Origin: Anaerolineae bacterium
GTDB taxonomy: Bacteria; Chloroflexota; Anaerolineae; Aggregatilineales; J027
DNA: 64,000 nt
Reading direction: 5' to 3'
Assembly (NCBI GenBank): GCA_019913005.1
Contig: JAIOHL010000258.1
Location: forward strand, 123,896 to 187,895
Below are positions 40,190-49,033 of this stretch, piece after piece. The position numbers and the translations under genes were made by a program. The notes under the pieces were generated by a model, which saw only the letters and a list, made by a program, of their open reading frames with translations, was not told where the DNA came from and made no database searches. Every line of letters begins with the position of its first letter. Position 1 is the stretch's first letter.

Positions 40190-40657
40190 ATGACTGATGA
40201 GCAAAATTTCCTGACCGCCGATGGTGCCAAGACCCTACGCGAGGAGCTTGACCAACTGCTGAATGTCGAACGTCCAGCGTTGGCCGCAAAACTCAAAGAG
40301 GCGATTGCGATGGGCGACCTTTCGGAAAACGCCGATTATCACGACGCCAAAGAACGGCAGGGTTTTTTGGAAGGCCGCATCCGTTACCTAGAATCTATTT
40401 TACGCAGTGCTACCATCATTGATGAAGACGGCAGTAATGGAGTGGTGCGGGTTGGTTCCGAGGTGACAATTCAAGAAGAGGGATTTGACCCCGAAACCTA
40501 CCGTATTGTCGGGCCAGCCGAAGCCAACCCTCGCGAAGGCCGCATCTCCAATGAAAGCCCGCTTGGAGCGGCACTGCTTGGGAAAAAAGTCGGACAAACC
40601 GTCAAGTATCAAACCCCTGATGGTCAGATGAAAGTTAAGATCAAGAAAGTCCACTGA
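40190..40657 (+). CDS. greA: Transcription elongation factor GreA
   Basis: Track ORF 40175..40657, trimmed to ATG 40190. The sequence LT..G...L..EL..L....RP.....I..A...GDLSENA.Y.AAK..Q and the C-terminal ISNESPLGAALLGKKVG are typical of GreA. Confidence 0.92.
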   Translation: MTDEQNFLTADGAKTLREELDQLLNVERPALAAKLKEAIAMGDLSENADYHDAKERQGFLEGRIRYLESILRSATIIDEDGSNGVVRVGSEVTIQEEGFDPETYRIVGPAEANPREGRISNESPLGAALLGKKVGQTVKYQTPDGQMKVKIKKVH

Positions 40658-40696
40658 TTTACCCTCCGTATCCCAAAATCTAAATGGCTACTCACT

Positions 40697-40745
40697 CGCA
40701 GCGTCGAAGGTCGTATCGGCTTTGGCGCTGCGAATTTATTTTTTT
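40697..40745 (+). terminator. Possible terminator after greA
   Basis: CGCAGCG (40697-40703) pairs with CGCTGCG (40726-40732) across a large loop, followed by AATTTATTTTTTT. Confidence 0.4.
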
Positions 40746-40765
40746 ACAGAGGAGAAGTTTGAACT

Positions 40766-41548
40766 ATGCGAGCGTTGATAACAGGTGCAAGCGGCGCGGT
40801 TGGTACGGGATTACAACACTACTTGGAATCACAGGGTGATACGGTGGTTACGTGGAATCGTCGGCAGACGCCGATTGATGATTATGCAGCGATGGAAGCC
40901 TTTGTGCGGGCCGAAAAACCAGAGGTATTGTTTCATCTTGCTACTGCCTCCACCCCGACAGGCCGCGAAAATGAATCGTGGTTGGTCAATTATGAATGGA
41001 CGAGTGAACTGGCGTGGATTTGCCACGTGCTGGATGTGGGGTTTGTGTTTACCAGTTCGGTCATGGTCTTCACCGACTTTGCCAAAGGGCCGTTTACGCG
41101 AGGCTCGCAACCAGATGCCACCGAGGGGTATGGTTATGAAAAGCGCCGCGCCGAAGAACGGGTATTGCAGCAGAATCCGAAGGCGGTAGTGGCTCGTATC
41201 GGTTGGCAGATTGGCGAGGACACGAACAGCCGCCACATGGTTGGTTTTTTTGAGGCGCAGATGCAAAAGGAAGGCCAGATTAATGCCAGTACCCGTTGGT
41301 ATCCGGCCTGCTCATTTATCACCGACACTGCTGAGACGCTCGTAAAATTGGCAGGCAACACACCGGGATTATATTTGGTTGACTCGAATACCCAATGGAC
41401 GTTTTATGAAATCGCGGTTGCGTTGAATCAGCGGCATGGTAATCGCTGGAAAATAGTGCCCAACGAAGATTTTGTCTATGACCAGCGTATGGTGGATGAC
41501 CGAGTAGCGATTCCTTCGCTTAAATCTCGCCTTCCAACCCTTCCCTAA
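40766..41548 (+). CDS. NAD(P)-dependent sugar-nucleotide reductase/epimerase-like protein (RmlD substrate-binding family-like)
   Basis: Track ORF of 260 aa. N-terminal ITGASGAVG Rossmann motif, a YGYEK (YxxxK-like) motif, and the size of dTDP-4-dehydrorhamnose-reductase-like proteins. Confidence 0.65.
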   Translation: MRALITGASGAVGTGLQHYLESQGDTVVTWNRRQTPIDDYAAMEAFVRAEKPEVLFHLATASTPTGRENESWLVNYEWTSELAWICHVLDVGFVFTSSVMVFTDFAKGPFTRGSQPDATEGYGYEKRRAEERVLQQNPKAVVARIGWQIGEDTNSRHMVGFFEAQMQKEGQINASTRWYPACSFITDTAETLVKLAGNTPGLYLVDSNTQWTFYEIAVALNQRHGNRWKIVPNEDFVYDQRMVDDRVAIPSLKSRLPTLP

Positions 41549-41560
41549 ACTTTTGCCCTC

Positions 41561-41617
41561 TTGACGTTGCCTGAAATATCGCGTATCGTATATGTCAGTA
41601 CATAGATGTGTTGACAT
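41561..41617 (+). promoter_or_regulatory. Candidate promoter plus tandem ATGT-N4-ACAT palindromes (putative PadR operators)
   Basis: TTGACG (41561-41566), a 17-nt spacer, then TATCGT (41584-41589). Then ATGTCAGTACAT (41592-41603) and ATGTGTTGACAT (41606-41617), 14 bp centre to centre, directly upstream of the padR-like gene. Confidence 0.45.
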
Positions 41618-41654
41618 ATATGATTATGTATCTATGTGGAGGCATTTATCCACT

Positions 41655-42203
41655 ATGTCACTTAAATTTGGGATTTTGGGGATATTGGCAAGCGCAGGGC
41701 CGCAATCCGGCTACGACATCAAAACCTATTTTGAAGAAGGGCCAAGTTATGTTTGGCAGGCCGATTTGCCGCAAATCTATCGCACCCTCGACCAATTGGA
41801 GCAGGCCAAATACGTCGTGGTCGAAGCTGATCCAGCTAACGCTCGAAATCGTAAGGTGTATACCATTACAGCAGCAGGCCAAAAAGCGCTTCAAGAGTGG
41901 CTGCAAGAAGATTTTGAATGTCCTCCCATCCGCGAATCGAATTTGCTGCGTGTATTTTTCGGAACGCTTACACCACCCGGCGTTTTGAAACAACAGGTGG
42001 CCGCACAACGTAATCAATTTACCGAGATATTGCAGCAGTACCATGCAGTCAAAAACCTGATTGCGCAACATGCCGAGCAGTATCCCAAAGATGCGTTTTT
42101 TTGGACACTCACTTTGCAAGCTGGCCTCAAGCTCACACAGGCGTGGTTGGAGTGGTGTGACGAGACGATCCAGCAGTTGGACAATTTGGAAACTAGGGAA
42201 TGA
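41655..42203 (+). CDS. PadR-family transcriptional regulator
   Basis: Track ORF 41592..42203, trimmed to ATG 41655 after GGAGG. The N-terminal winged helix ILGILASAGPQSGYDIK...LPQIYRTLDQLEQAKYV...NRKVYTITAAGQKAL is typical of PadR. Confidence 0.85.
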   Translation: MSLKFGILGILASAGPQSGYDIKTYFEEGPSYVWQADLPQIYRTLDQLEQAKYVVVEADPANARNRKVYTITAAGQKALQEWLQEDFECPPIRESNLLRVFFGTLTPPGVLKQQVAAQRNQFTEILQQYHAVKNLIAQHAEQYPKDAFFWTLTLQAGLKLTQAWLEWCDETIQQLDNLETRE

Positions 42204-42238
42204 GCAAGCGAAATTAGGGGAAGGGAGACCGACCTATC

Positions 42239-43195
42239 ATGGCGACATTTGTAAAGCTCGACAGTCTGCGAAAACAATATTCACCACCGGATGGGCCTTA
42301 TGCCGTCGGGCCAAAAGAAGGGGTGAATCTTGAAATTTTGGAAGGCGAGATTTTCAGTCTGTTGGGACCAAACGGGGCGGGTAAGACGACGATTATCAGC
42401 ATGATGAGCGGGTTGTTGACACCAACAGCGGGTGATGTGGTACTGGGAGGGTTTAGCATTACCAAGCAGCCACTGGATGTGAAAAAACAAATCGGGGTCG
42501 TGCCACAGGATTTGGCGCTCTACCCTAATCTCAGTGCCCGCCAAAATCTGAATTTATTTGGCACGCTGTATGGCTTGACTGGCAAAAATTTGAGCAAGCG
42601 GACGGATGAGGTGCTGGAATTCATTGACCTCAAAGACCGGGCCAACGACAAAATCAGTGAGTATTCGGGAGGAATGAAGCGGCGGGTGAACATCGGAGTG
42701 GGATTGATGCACCGCCCGAAAATGTTGTTCTTGGATGAACCCACCGTCGCCATTGACCCGCAGAGCCGCCGCAATATTTTGGATACGGTCAAGGAACTCA
42801 ATCAGCAGGGCATGACGGTGCTGTATACCACACACTATATGGAAGAGGCCCAAGAACTGAGCAACCGGATAGGCATTATAGATCACGGGCAGATCATCGC
42901 ACTGGGAACGCTAGATGAATTGGTCAAGACTGTCGGGGAATACGATGTTATTCGGTTGACACTGCCAGAACCACCTGCGTTAGTGGTTGAACGGCTAGGC
43001 GCGATTCCGAATATTCAACGGGCCGAAACCACCGATGGCGAAGTACGACTGATTGCACGGGATGGTCGCCAACAATTGCCAGAGGCTATTCGGATTATCA
43101 ACGAGGCCGGACTTGCGCTGCACGGGGTCGAGATTGAAGAACCCAACCTCGAAGCTGTGTTCCTGCAACTGACCGGACGCGCCCTCCGCGATTAA
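42239..43195 (+). CDS. ABC transporter ATP-binding protein (ABC-2/DrrA-like exporter)
   Basis: Track ORF of 318 aa. Walker A GPNGAGKTT, signature YSGGMKRRVNIG, and Walker B MLFLDEPT. Confidence 0.9.
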   Translation: MATFVKLDSLRKQYSPPDGPYAVGPKEGVNLEILEGEIFSLLGPNGAGKTTIISMMSGLLTPTAGDVVLGGFSITKQPLDVKKQIGVVPQDLALYPNLSARQNLNLFGTLYGLTGKNLSKRTDEVLEFIDLKDRANDKISEYSGGMKRRVNIGVGLMHRPKMLFLDEPTVAIDPQSRRNILDTVKELNQQGMTVLYTTHYMEEAQELSNRIGIIDHGQIIALGTLDELVKTVGEYDVIRLTLPEPPALVVERLGAIPNIQRAETTDGEVRLIARDGRQQLPEAIRIINEAGLALHGVEIEEPNLEAVFLQLTGRALRD

Positions 43196-43212
43196 CTTAG
43201 GAGAAAACGACC

Positions 43213-44490
43213 ATGTTATGGCGAAAAATCCAAGCCGTCGCTTGGGCCGATATTTATCAAGCGTTTACAGATCGTTCTGCCCTGCTGTTTAATTTCGCTA
43301 GTCCGCTTGCCATCAGCATGATTATCGGCGCGGCGTTTGGGGGTGGCTCCAACGATGTGGACGTTGAAGCGGCCAAAGTTGGAGTGCTAAATCTTGATGC
43401 TGGCAGCGCAGAGGTTGAACAGGCGTTTGGGGATATTTATACACGGGTTTTGGTCGAAGCCCCGCCAGAGGAGTTGATTGACTTTATAGAAGGCAAAGCC
43501 ATCACCGATGAAAAGAAAGCTCGCCAACAGGTTGAGGATGGTGATTTGGATGTGTTGCTGGTGATTCCGGAGGATTTCACAGCGAAGGTAATTGAACCGG
43601 GCAAAGGCGGTACATTGCAGGTCTATTACAATCCCGGCGCAGGCATCCCCGGTGATGTAGCCCGTTCGATTATTGATGGCATGACAACCCAGATCAACAA
43701 CCAAAATATCGCGTTGCACGTCGGGATTCCCTATGCGTCCGAGCAGGCTGCCCGTAATAATCAGGCCATTGATGCTGCCGTCGCATATGTGCAGCAGGCG
43801 AGCCAACAATTGCGTGAAAAAGAAGCCATTACCCTCAATCGGGTCGGTGTCGAAGGTGATGTGCAGGAGTTTAATTCACTGCAATATTTTGGGCCGGGAA
43901 TGGCGATTTTGTTTATGACCTATGCGTTGTCAAATGGCGCAGTCAGTATTTTGGTAGATCAACGCAATTGGACGATGCAGCGTATCTGGACAACGCCCTC
44001 GCCACGCACGGTGTATCTGGGGGGCAAAATGGTTGGGGTTTATGCGACTGGCCTTTTCCAGATGATTGTTTTGATGCTGGCGATGATCTTTGCGGCCAAT
44101 GTTGTTTTTGGCAGCGGCGTCGCGGTTTGGGGGACGGATGTTATCGGGATTGTGTTGGTGCTGGTGTCGGTGGTTGCGGCAGGGGCGGGGTTTGCACTTG
44201 TGATTGCCTCGTTTGCCAAAAATCCTGATCAGGGTGGTTCAATCAGCACGCTTGTTTTGACCGTCTCGGGTTTGCTGGGCGGCGCATTTTTGCCTGTTGA
44301 TGATGTGCCGATTTTGGGGCAACTCTCAAAACTCACGCTTAATCGTTGGGGCTTGGATGGGTTTACCACGCTGTCCTTTGATGGGGGGACGGTGGTGGAT
44401 ATTTTGCCCAATGTGGCGGTTTTGCTGGGCATGGCGGTGGTGTTTTTCACGATGGCTGTGTTCCAATTTGGTCGGCGTTTCCGTTCATAG
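43213..44490 (+). CDS. ABC-2 type exporter permease
   Basis: Track ORF of 425 aa. It has an N-terminal TM helix, a large extracytoplasmic loop and a C-terminal cluster of TM helices. Confidence 0.8.
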   Translation: MLWRKIQAVAWADIYQAFTDRSALLFNFASPLAISMIIGAAFGGGSNDVDVEAAKVGVLNLDAGSAEVEQAFGDIYTRVLVEAPPEELIDFIEGKAITDEKKARQQVEDGDLDVLLVIPEDFTAKVIEPGKGGTLQVYYNPGAGIPGDVARSIIDGMTTQINNQNIALHVGIPYASEQAARNNQAIDAAVAYVQQASQQLREKEAITLNRVGVEGDVQEFNSLQYFGPGMAILFMTYALSNGAVSILVDQRNWTMQRIWTTPSPRTVYLGGKMVGVYATGLFQMIVLMLAMIFAANVVFGSGVAVWGTDVIGIVLVLVSVVAAGAGFALVIASFAKNPDQGGSISTLVLTVSGLLGGAFLPVDDVPILGQLSKLTLNRWGLDGFTTLSFDGGTVVDILPNVAVLLGMAVVFFTMAVFQFGRRFRS

Positions 44491-44506
44491 GGGGTGAAGA
44501 AAAATC

Positions 44507-45736
44507 ATGCGAACTGTACTCAGTATTACGCGATATGACTTGATACGGCTGTTCAAAGATCGCAATCTGGCCGTGTTCACCCTTATCATGCCAGTGGTGA
44601 TTATGTCGGTGCTGTCTTTGGCTATCACCGCTGGCGACCCGATCATCCGGCTGGATGTGGTAGACAATGACCACTCGGCCCTCGCCAAAGCCTTTATTGA
44701 CCAATTAGAGGCTGTCGGCGGTGATAGTCTCGTAGTATGCGTCTATGGCCGGGAGAATTCTGACGATTGCGATTTAAGTAAAGACGATGAGTGGTCGGAT
44801 GTCGGTAAGGAGCGGGTTGAAGATGGCGATACCAGCGGGGCGATCCTCATTCCGGGAGGTTTTGGGGAAGCCTTGCAGCGCGGCGCAAGTGTGGTATTGG
44901 AGTATCGCAGCAACGACAGCCTAAATGCCCCATCCATCGTGACCAATATGATCAACACGGCCCGCAATCGGGTGGGGAGTTCAGTGGTCGTGGCGCAGAT
45001 GGCCTATGACCCGGAATTGGCGACACTTACGGGAACAACAGGAACAACCGAAAATTTCACCGCCCTTTATACACAGGCAGAGCAGCAGTGGGAAAGTGCT
45101 CCAGCGCGTATTGACGAACAATCGTCGGGTGAAGAAACTGAAATTGGCACAGGAGCGAATCAATCTGTGCCGGGGGTCTCTAGCATGTTTTTGCTGTTCA
45201 CCCTGCTCAATGCCGCGAGTGTCTTGGTCAGTGAGCGCAATTCGGGTACGTTGCAGCGCCTATTTACCCTGCCAATTCCCAAGTATCAGGTTGTGGTGGG
45301 CAAGATGCTGACTCAGATGGTGTATGCGGGTATCCAGTTTATTATCCTGTATATCGTCGGTGGATTTTTGGGGGCGGAATTTGGCAGCAACTATCTGGCA
45401 ATTGCACTGCTGGTGATTGCGTTTTTGCTGTGCGGGGGTGCCTTGGGGTTTGCACTGGCGACGTTTGTCAAAAATGAAAATCAGGCCGGGGCGATTGCGT
45501 CGTTAGCAGGATTTATTTTGGCTCCGCTGGGTGGGGCATGGTGGCCGCTGGATATTGTGCCGGATTTCATGCGGATTGTTGGGCATATTTCACCCATTGC
45601 GTGGGTGATGGATGGTTTCCAAGATTTGATTTACTACGATGGCACGGTACTAGATGTCCTGCCGGAAGTTGGCGTGCTGCTGGCAATGGCGGCTGTTTTA
45701 GGATTCATCGGGGTAGCGCGTTTTCGTTATGAGTAA
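44507..45736 (+). CDS. ABC-2 type exporter permease (paralogous partner)
   Basis: Track ORF of 409 aa with the same architecture as the preceding gene. It contains ...SERNSGTLQRLFTLPI.... Confidence 0.8.
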   Translation: MRTVLSITRYDLIRLFKDRNLAVFTLIMPVVIMSVLSLAITAGDPIIRLDVVDNDHSALAKAFIDQLEAVGGDSLVVCVYGRENSDDCDLSKDDEWSDVGKERVEDGDTSGAILIPGGFGEALQRGASVVLEYRSNDSLNAPSIVTNMINTARNRVGSSVVVAQMAYDPELATLTGTTGTTENFTALYTQAEQQWESAPARIDEQSSGEETEIGTGANQSVPGVSSMFLLFTLLNAASVLVSERNSGTLQRLFTLPIPKYQVVVGKMLTQMVYAGIQFIILYIVGGFLGAEFGSNYLAIALLVIAFLLCGGALGFALATFVKNENQAGAIASLAGFILAPLGGAWWPLDIVPDFMRIVGHISPIAWVMDGFQDLIYYDGTVLDVLPEVGVLLAMAAVLGFIGVARFRYE

Positions 45737-45816
45737 GCTACTGACCTATCCATATGGGGATGGCAGTATGACAGGCGACTATAGGTATTGAGGCGATGCG
45801 GTTCGCTGCGCCTGAA

Positions 45817-46452
45817 TCAAATCGAGGCAGCGCGGAGTTCTTCCCAGATTTCGTTACGCAGCACCGAAAGCGAAATTCTGGCCTGAACCCGAACTGCCTC
45901 ATCGGTGTCCTCAAGGCTTTTTTCTAGCAGGTCTATCGCTTTGTGTAGGACGGGTGTCTTTAGGAAATTGGCAAGGCTGGTGGCGGCTTCTTCCCGTACC
46001 ATTGGAGATTCGTCATGAATCAAGGTGTGGGCAAAATCATCAATGATGGCATCAACTGCATTATTGATTTTGGCGGCGGCAAAAAGACTTTGGGCAGCCG
46101 TTTGGCGCACTTCAGGATTGGCGTCGTGGCGCATCAGTTTCTGGAGCGTTTTGACGACATCCGCATGACGGACATAACCGAGGCCATAGGCGGCATGGAA
46201 ACGGATTTCGTGGTCGTCATCGGAGGCCATCTTCAAAAAGACTTCGGCGGGGACGATTTCGGCTTCATCGGATAGCCAAAAGGCAGCGGCGTGGCGAGCC
46301 ATTTGTGTGCCATGTTCCAATACATATTTAAAGGCCACCGTGCTGACTTGCCCGAAGGCTTCAAGTTCTAGTCCTAACATCCACGCTTCATCGTAGGTTT
46401 TACATTTTGCCATGCGACGGGCAAGGCCAGTAATCTCTTTTTTGGTATCCAT
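45817..46452 (-). CDS. HEAT-repeat protein
   Basis: Track ORF 45817..46500, trimmed to the ATG at 46452 (MDTKKEITG...). It has repeated ...D.D..VR..AA..L... units (DHEIRFHAAYGLG, NPEVRQTAAQSL, SPMVREEAATSL, DEAVRVQARISL). Confidence 0.7.
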   Translation of the reverse strand: MDTKKEITGLARRMAKCKTYDEAWMLGLELEAFGQVSTVAFKYVLEHGTQMARHAAAFWLSDEAEIVPAEVFLKMASDDDHEIRFHAAYGLGYVRHADVVKTLQKLMRHDANPEVRQTAAQSLFAAAKINNAVDAIIDDFAHTLIHDESPMVREEAATSLANFLKTPVLHKAIDLLEKSLEDTDEAVRVQARISLSVLRNEIWEELRAASI

Positions 46453-46701
46453 TACAAACTCTTTCATTGAACTAAAATGAATTCTGATTTGATAATTCAC
46501 AAAAAATTCGCTTTATTCACATTATATATGGAAAAGTTGCTATCTTGTCCATAGTTCTTTAGACTGTAAATTTTCCGGTGCGAAAACGTCTGATTCGCAT
46601 GAACCTCCATTCGCAAAAAATGATAGACTAGAAAGACAAATCTATTTTGGAAAAGAATTTGACCCGCCATCGTCCTGTGATGTTGAAATGGAGTCGCCAC
46701 G

Positions 46702-48900
46702 ATGATGAAAAACGCCGTGAAAATAGTTTTATTGGTAGGACTCGTGTGTTGGTCGTTTTTGAACAGCAATCCCCATCTCAAACCCGTCGCCGCTCAAGGT
46801 GATGCCGCACAACGGATTAACGAATTAGCCGAAGCGGTTCATCTCCAAAATCTACGCACGCATAATGTCACTCGTTGGCGTGGGGGCGATTTGGGGGAGA
46901 TGAATGGCTCAGAAATCAATGCACCAGCCGGGACGGTGTTTGGTGACTGGTATTTCACCGACTTATACGATGAATCCATTGAAATTGATACTTCGTCCAT
47001 GACGCGACCTGCCGCGATTAATATCTGGGCTTCATGGTGCGGGCCGTGCCGCTTTGAATTCCCGTTCCTTGCGGAGATGGCTCGCGCAGGTGGGTTAAAT
47101 TACGATCTATGGTTCTTAAACGCCAACGATGACCCCGATGCGGCGCAGCGGTTTTTGCGGAATGATATTGAAGGCGGCGCGGACGGCCTAACATTGTATG
47201 TTGACCCCGGTGACGCCTATATCCGTTCGATTGGGTTGCAGGTTTTTCCGACCACCCTCTTGATTGATACTGATGGCACGATTTTGCTGGCCCATTCAGG
47301 CATTGTGACCCGCACCGTGATGGAATTCTTCAATGCAGTGGCGGCGGCTCCCAGTGAAGGCAGTATTGATACCTCGACGATTGAAGTGCCAGAGTTTATT
47401 GCTACGCTTGACCCCGTAGATGCGGCCAGCGCCACGCCGATTGTCTACTATCAACAGGTGACGGGTGAGATTACCGATGAGCAATGGCAGGATGTTTATA
47501 GCTTTGAGGGGAAAGCCGGGGATGATGTCACGATTGATATGACCTCAACTGAACCGGATTTTGATGCGTATCTTGTGCTATTTGGGCCAGATGGCGAACG
47601 AATTGCTGAAAATGATGATGGCCCCAACCCGCCCTATTCGCATCTTGAGCTTACCCTGCCCTCCGACGGAACCTACGTCATCGTAGCGACCCGCTTCCTT
47701 GAGCGAGATGGGCTTGCCGAAGGTGGATACAATTTGGTTGTCTCGAAGGCGGGGGCAGCGGTTGGGAATCAAATCATCTTTGATATTCCGGTCAGTTCGC
47801 GCTTGACCACCGACTATACCCAAGCGGCCTATTTGATGGATGCCAAAGCCGGACAGGTCTTGACTTTTACATTGGAACATGATGTCCCAACGGAAATCCT
47901 CCACTTAGAGGTGCGTTTGGGGGCAGGTGAACGAGTGGTACCCTTTGAGTCTACTGAAAATGGTTTATTGACCTACGAGGCGACCATACCCCAAGACGGC
48001 TCTTACAGCGTCTATGTCTCACGTCCAATGCGGTCACGTGCCGGGGCAATCACGTTCACCCTGCTGGTTTCCGGCGTCAACGCGGATGGCACCCCTGCGA
48101 CCAATGGCCTTGAAACGACTACGGATACTGGTTCGGGTAGTGATGGCGGTCAGGCGGGTGGTGATGGTCAGGTTGAGGCAACATTGGCCTATGGCGACAG
48201 TGTGACAGGCTCGATTGATGACAGCACGCCCTTCCATCTCTATGAATTTGAAGGTACGGCAGGCGATACCGTCGTGATCCAGATGGTGGCCGACGCGGGT
48301 CGAACACTGGATACGCAACTGACGTTGTATGGGCCAGATGGCACGCTGCGCGGGGCGAATGACGACGCCGATATGACCACCACCGATTCGGAATTGACTT
48401 ATACCCTGACCGACGACGGGACCTATCAGATTGTTGCCAGCCGCTACCTTTCAACCGATGGCACAAGTTTTGGCGACTACACTCTGACCTTGACCCTCGG
48501 CACTGGCGAGGATACGACTACTACACCGCCTGTCGTTTCTAATCCCCCCACCGGAAATGCAGAGGGGCTGGAAATTGAATATGGCATGACGGTGGTCGGA
48601 GCGGTAGACAGCACCAGCCTTGAACAGCGCTATGTGTTTGTGGGCAAGGCGGGGGATATTGTCACCATTACGATGCAGCGCACCGATGGCGATTTGGACA
48701 GTTATCTCAGCGTGTTTGATGCGGCAGGGCAAGAACTGGTCTTTAATGATGAGGATTTCGCGGGTATCGGTAAAGACGCCGCTATTCGTCGGTTTAAACT
48801 GCCTGCGGATGGAACCTATACCATCGTTGCTACGCGCTATGGAGCATTTAATGGCCTCTCGGCAGGGACATATGAACTGGTCATCGCGGTTGAGAATTAA
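46702..48900 (+). CDS. Secreted TlpA/ResA-like thioredoxin (WCGPC) fused to four pre-peptidase C-terminal (PPC)-like domains
   Basis: Track ORF of 732 aa with a signal peptide. The thioredoxin motif is INIWASWCGPCRFEFPFL. Four units of about 100 aa follow, of the type G.I.D....D.Y.FEG.AGD.V.I.M......D..L.L.GPDG......NDD...........L..DGTY.IVA.R. Confidence 0.85.
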   Translation: MMKNAVKIVLLVGLVCWSFLNSNPHLKPVAAQGDAAQRINELAEAVHLQNLRTHNVTRWRGGDLGEMNGSEINAPAGTVFGDWYFTDLYDESIEIDTSSMTRPAAINIWASWCGPCRFEFPFLAEMARAGGLNYDLWFLNANDDPDAAQRFLRNDIEGGADGLTLYVDPGDAYIRSIGLQVFPTTLLIDTDGTILLAHSGIVTRTVMEFFNAVAAAPSEGSIDTSTIEVPEFIATLDPVDAASATPIVYYQQVTGEITDEQWQDVYSFEGKAGDDVTIDMTSTEPDFDAYLVLFGPDGERIAENDDGPNPPYSHLELTLPSDGTYVIVATRFLERDGLAEGGYNLVVSKAGAAVGNQIIFDIPVSSRLTTDYTQAAYLMDAKAGQVLTFTLEHDVPTEILHLEVRLGAGERVVPFESTENGLLTYEATIPQDGSYSVYVSRPMRSRAGAITFTLLVSGVNADGTPATNGLETTTDTGSGSDGGQAGGDGQVEATLAYGDSVTGSIDDSTPFHLYEFEGTAGDTVVIQMVADAGRTLDTQLTLYGPDGTLRGANDDADMTTTDSELTYTLTDDGTYQIVASRYLSTDGTSFGDYTLTLTLGTGEDTTTTPPVVSNPPTGNAEGLEIEYGMTVVGAVDSTSLEQRYVFVGKAGDIVTITMQRTDGDLDSYLSVFDAAGQELVFNDEDFAGIGKDAAIRRFKLPADGTYTIVATRYGAFNGLSAGTYELVIAVEN

Positions 48901-48933
48901 ACCGATCAGCGAAACTTTGCAAGGTACATAAGA

Positions 48934-48968
48934 AAAAGGGATGGAGGTGATAATCCGTCCCTTTTTGA
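48934..48968 (+). terminator. Intrinsic terminator
   Basis: AGGGATGGA (48937-48945) pairs with TCCGTCCCT (48954-48962), followed by TTTTT. Confidence 0.75.
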
Positions 48969-49033
48969 TTTGAAAGGATTACAATTGAAATAGAGATGTT
49001 TATTTGGTTTTCCGCAGAAAAGGGGATACCCCT

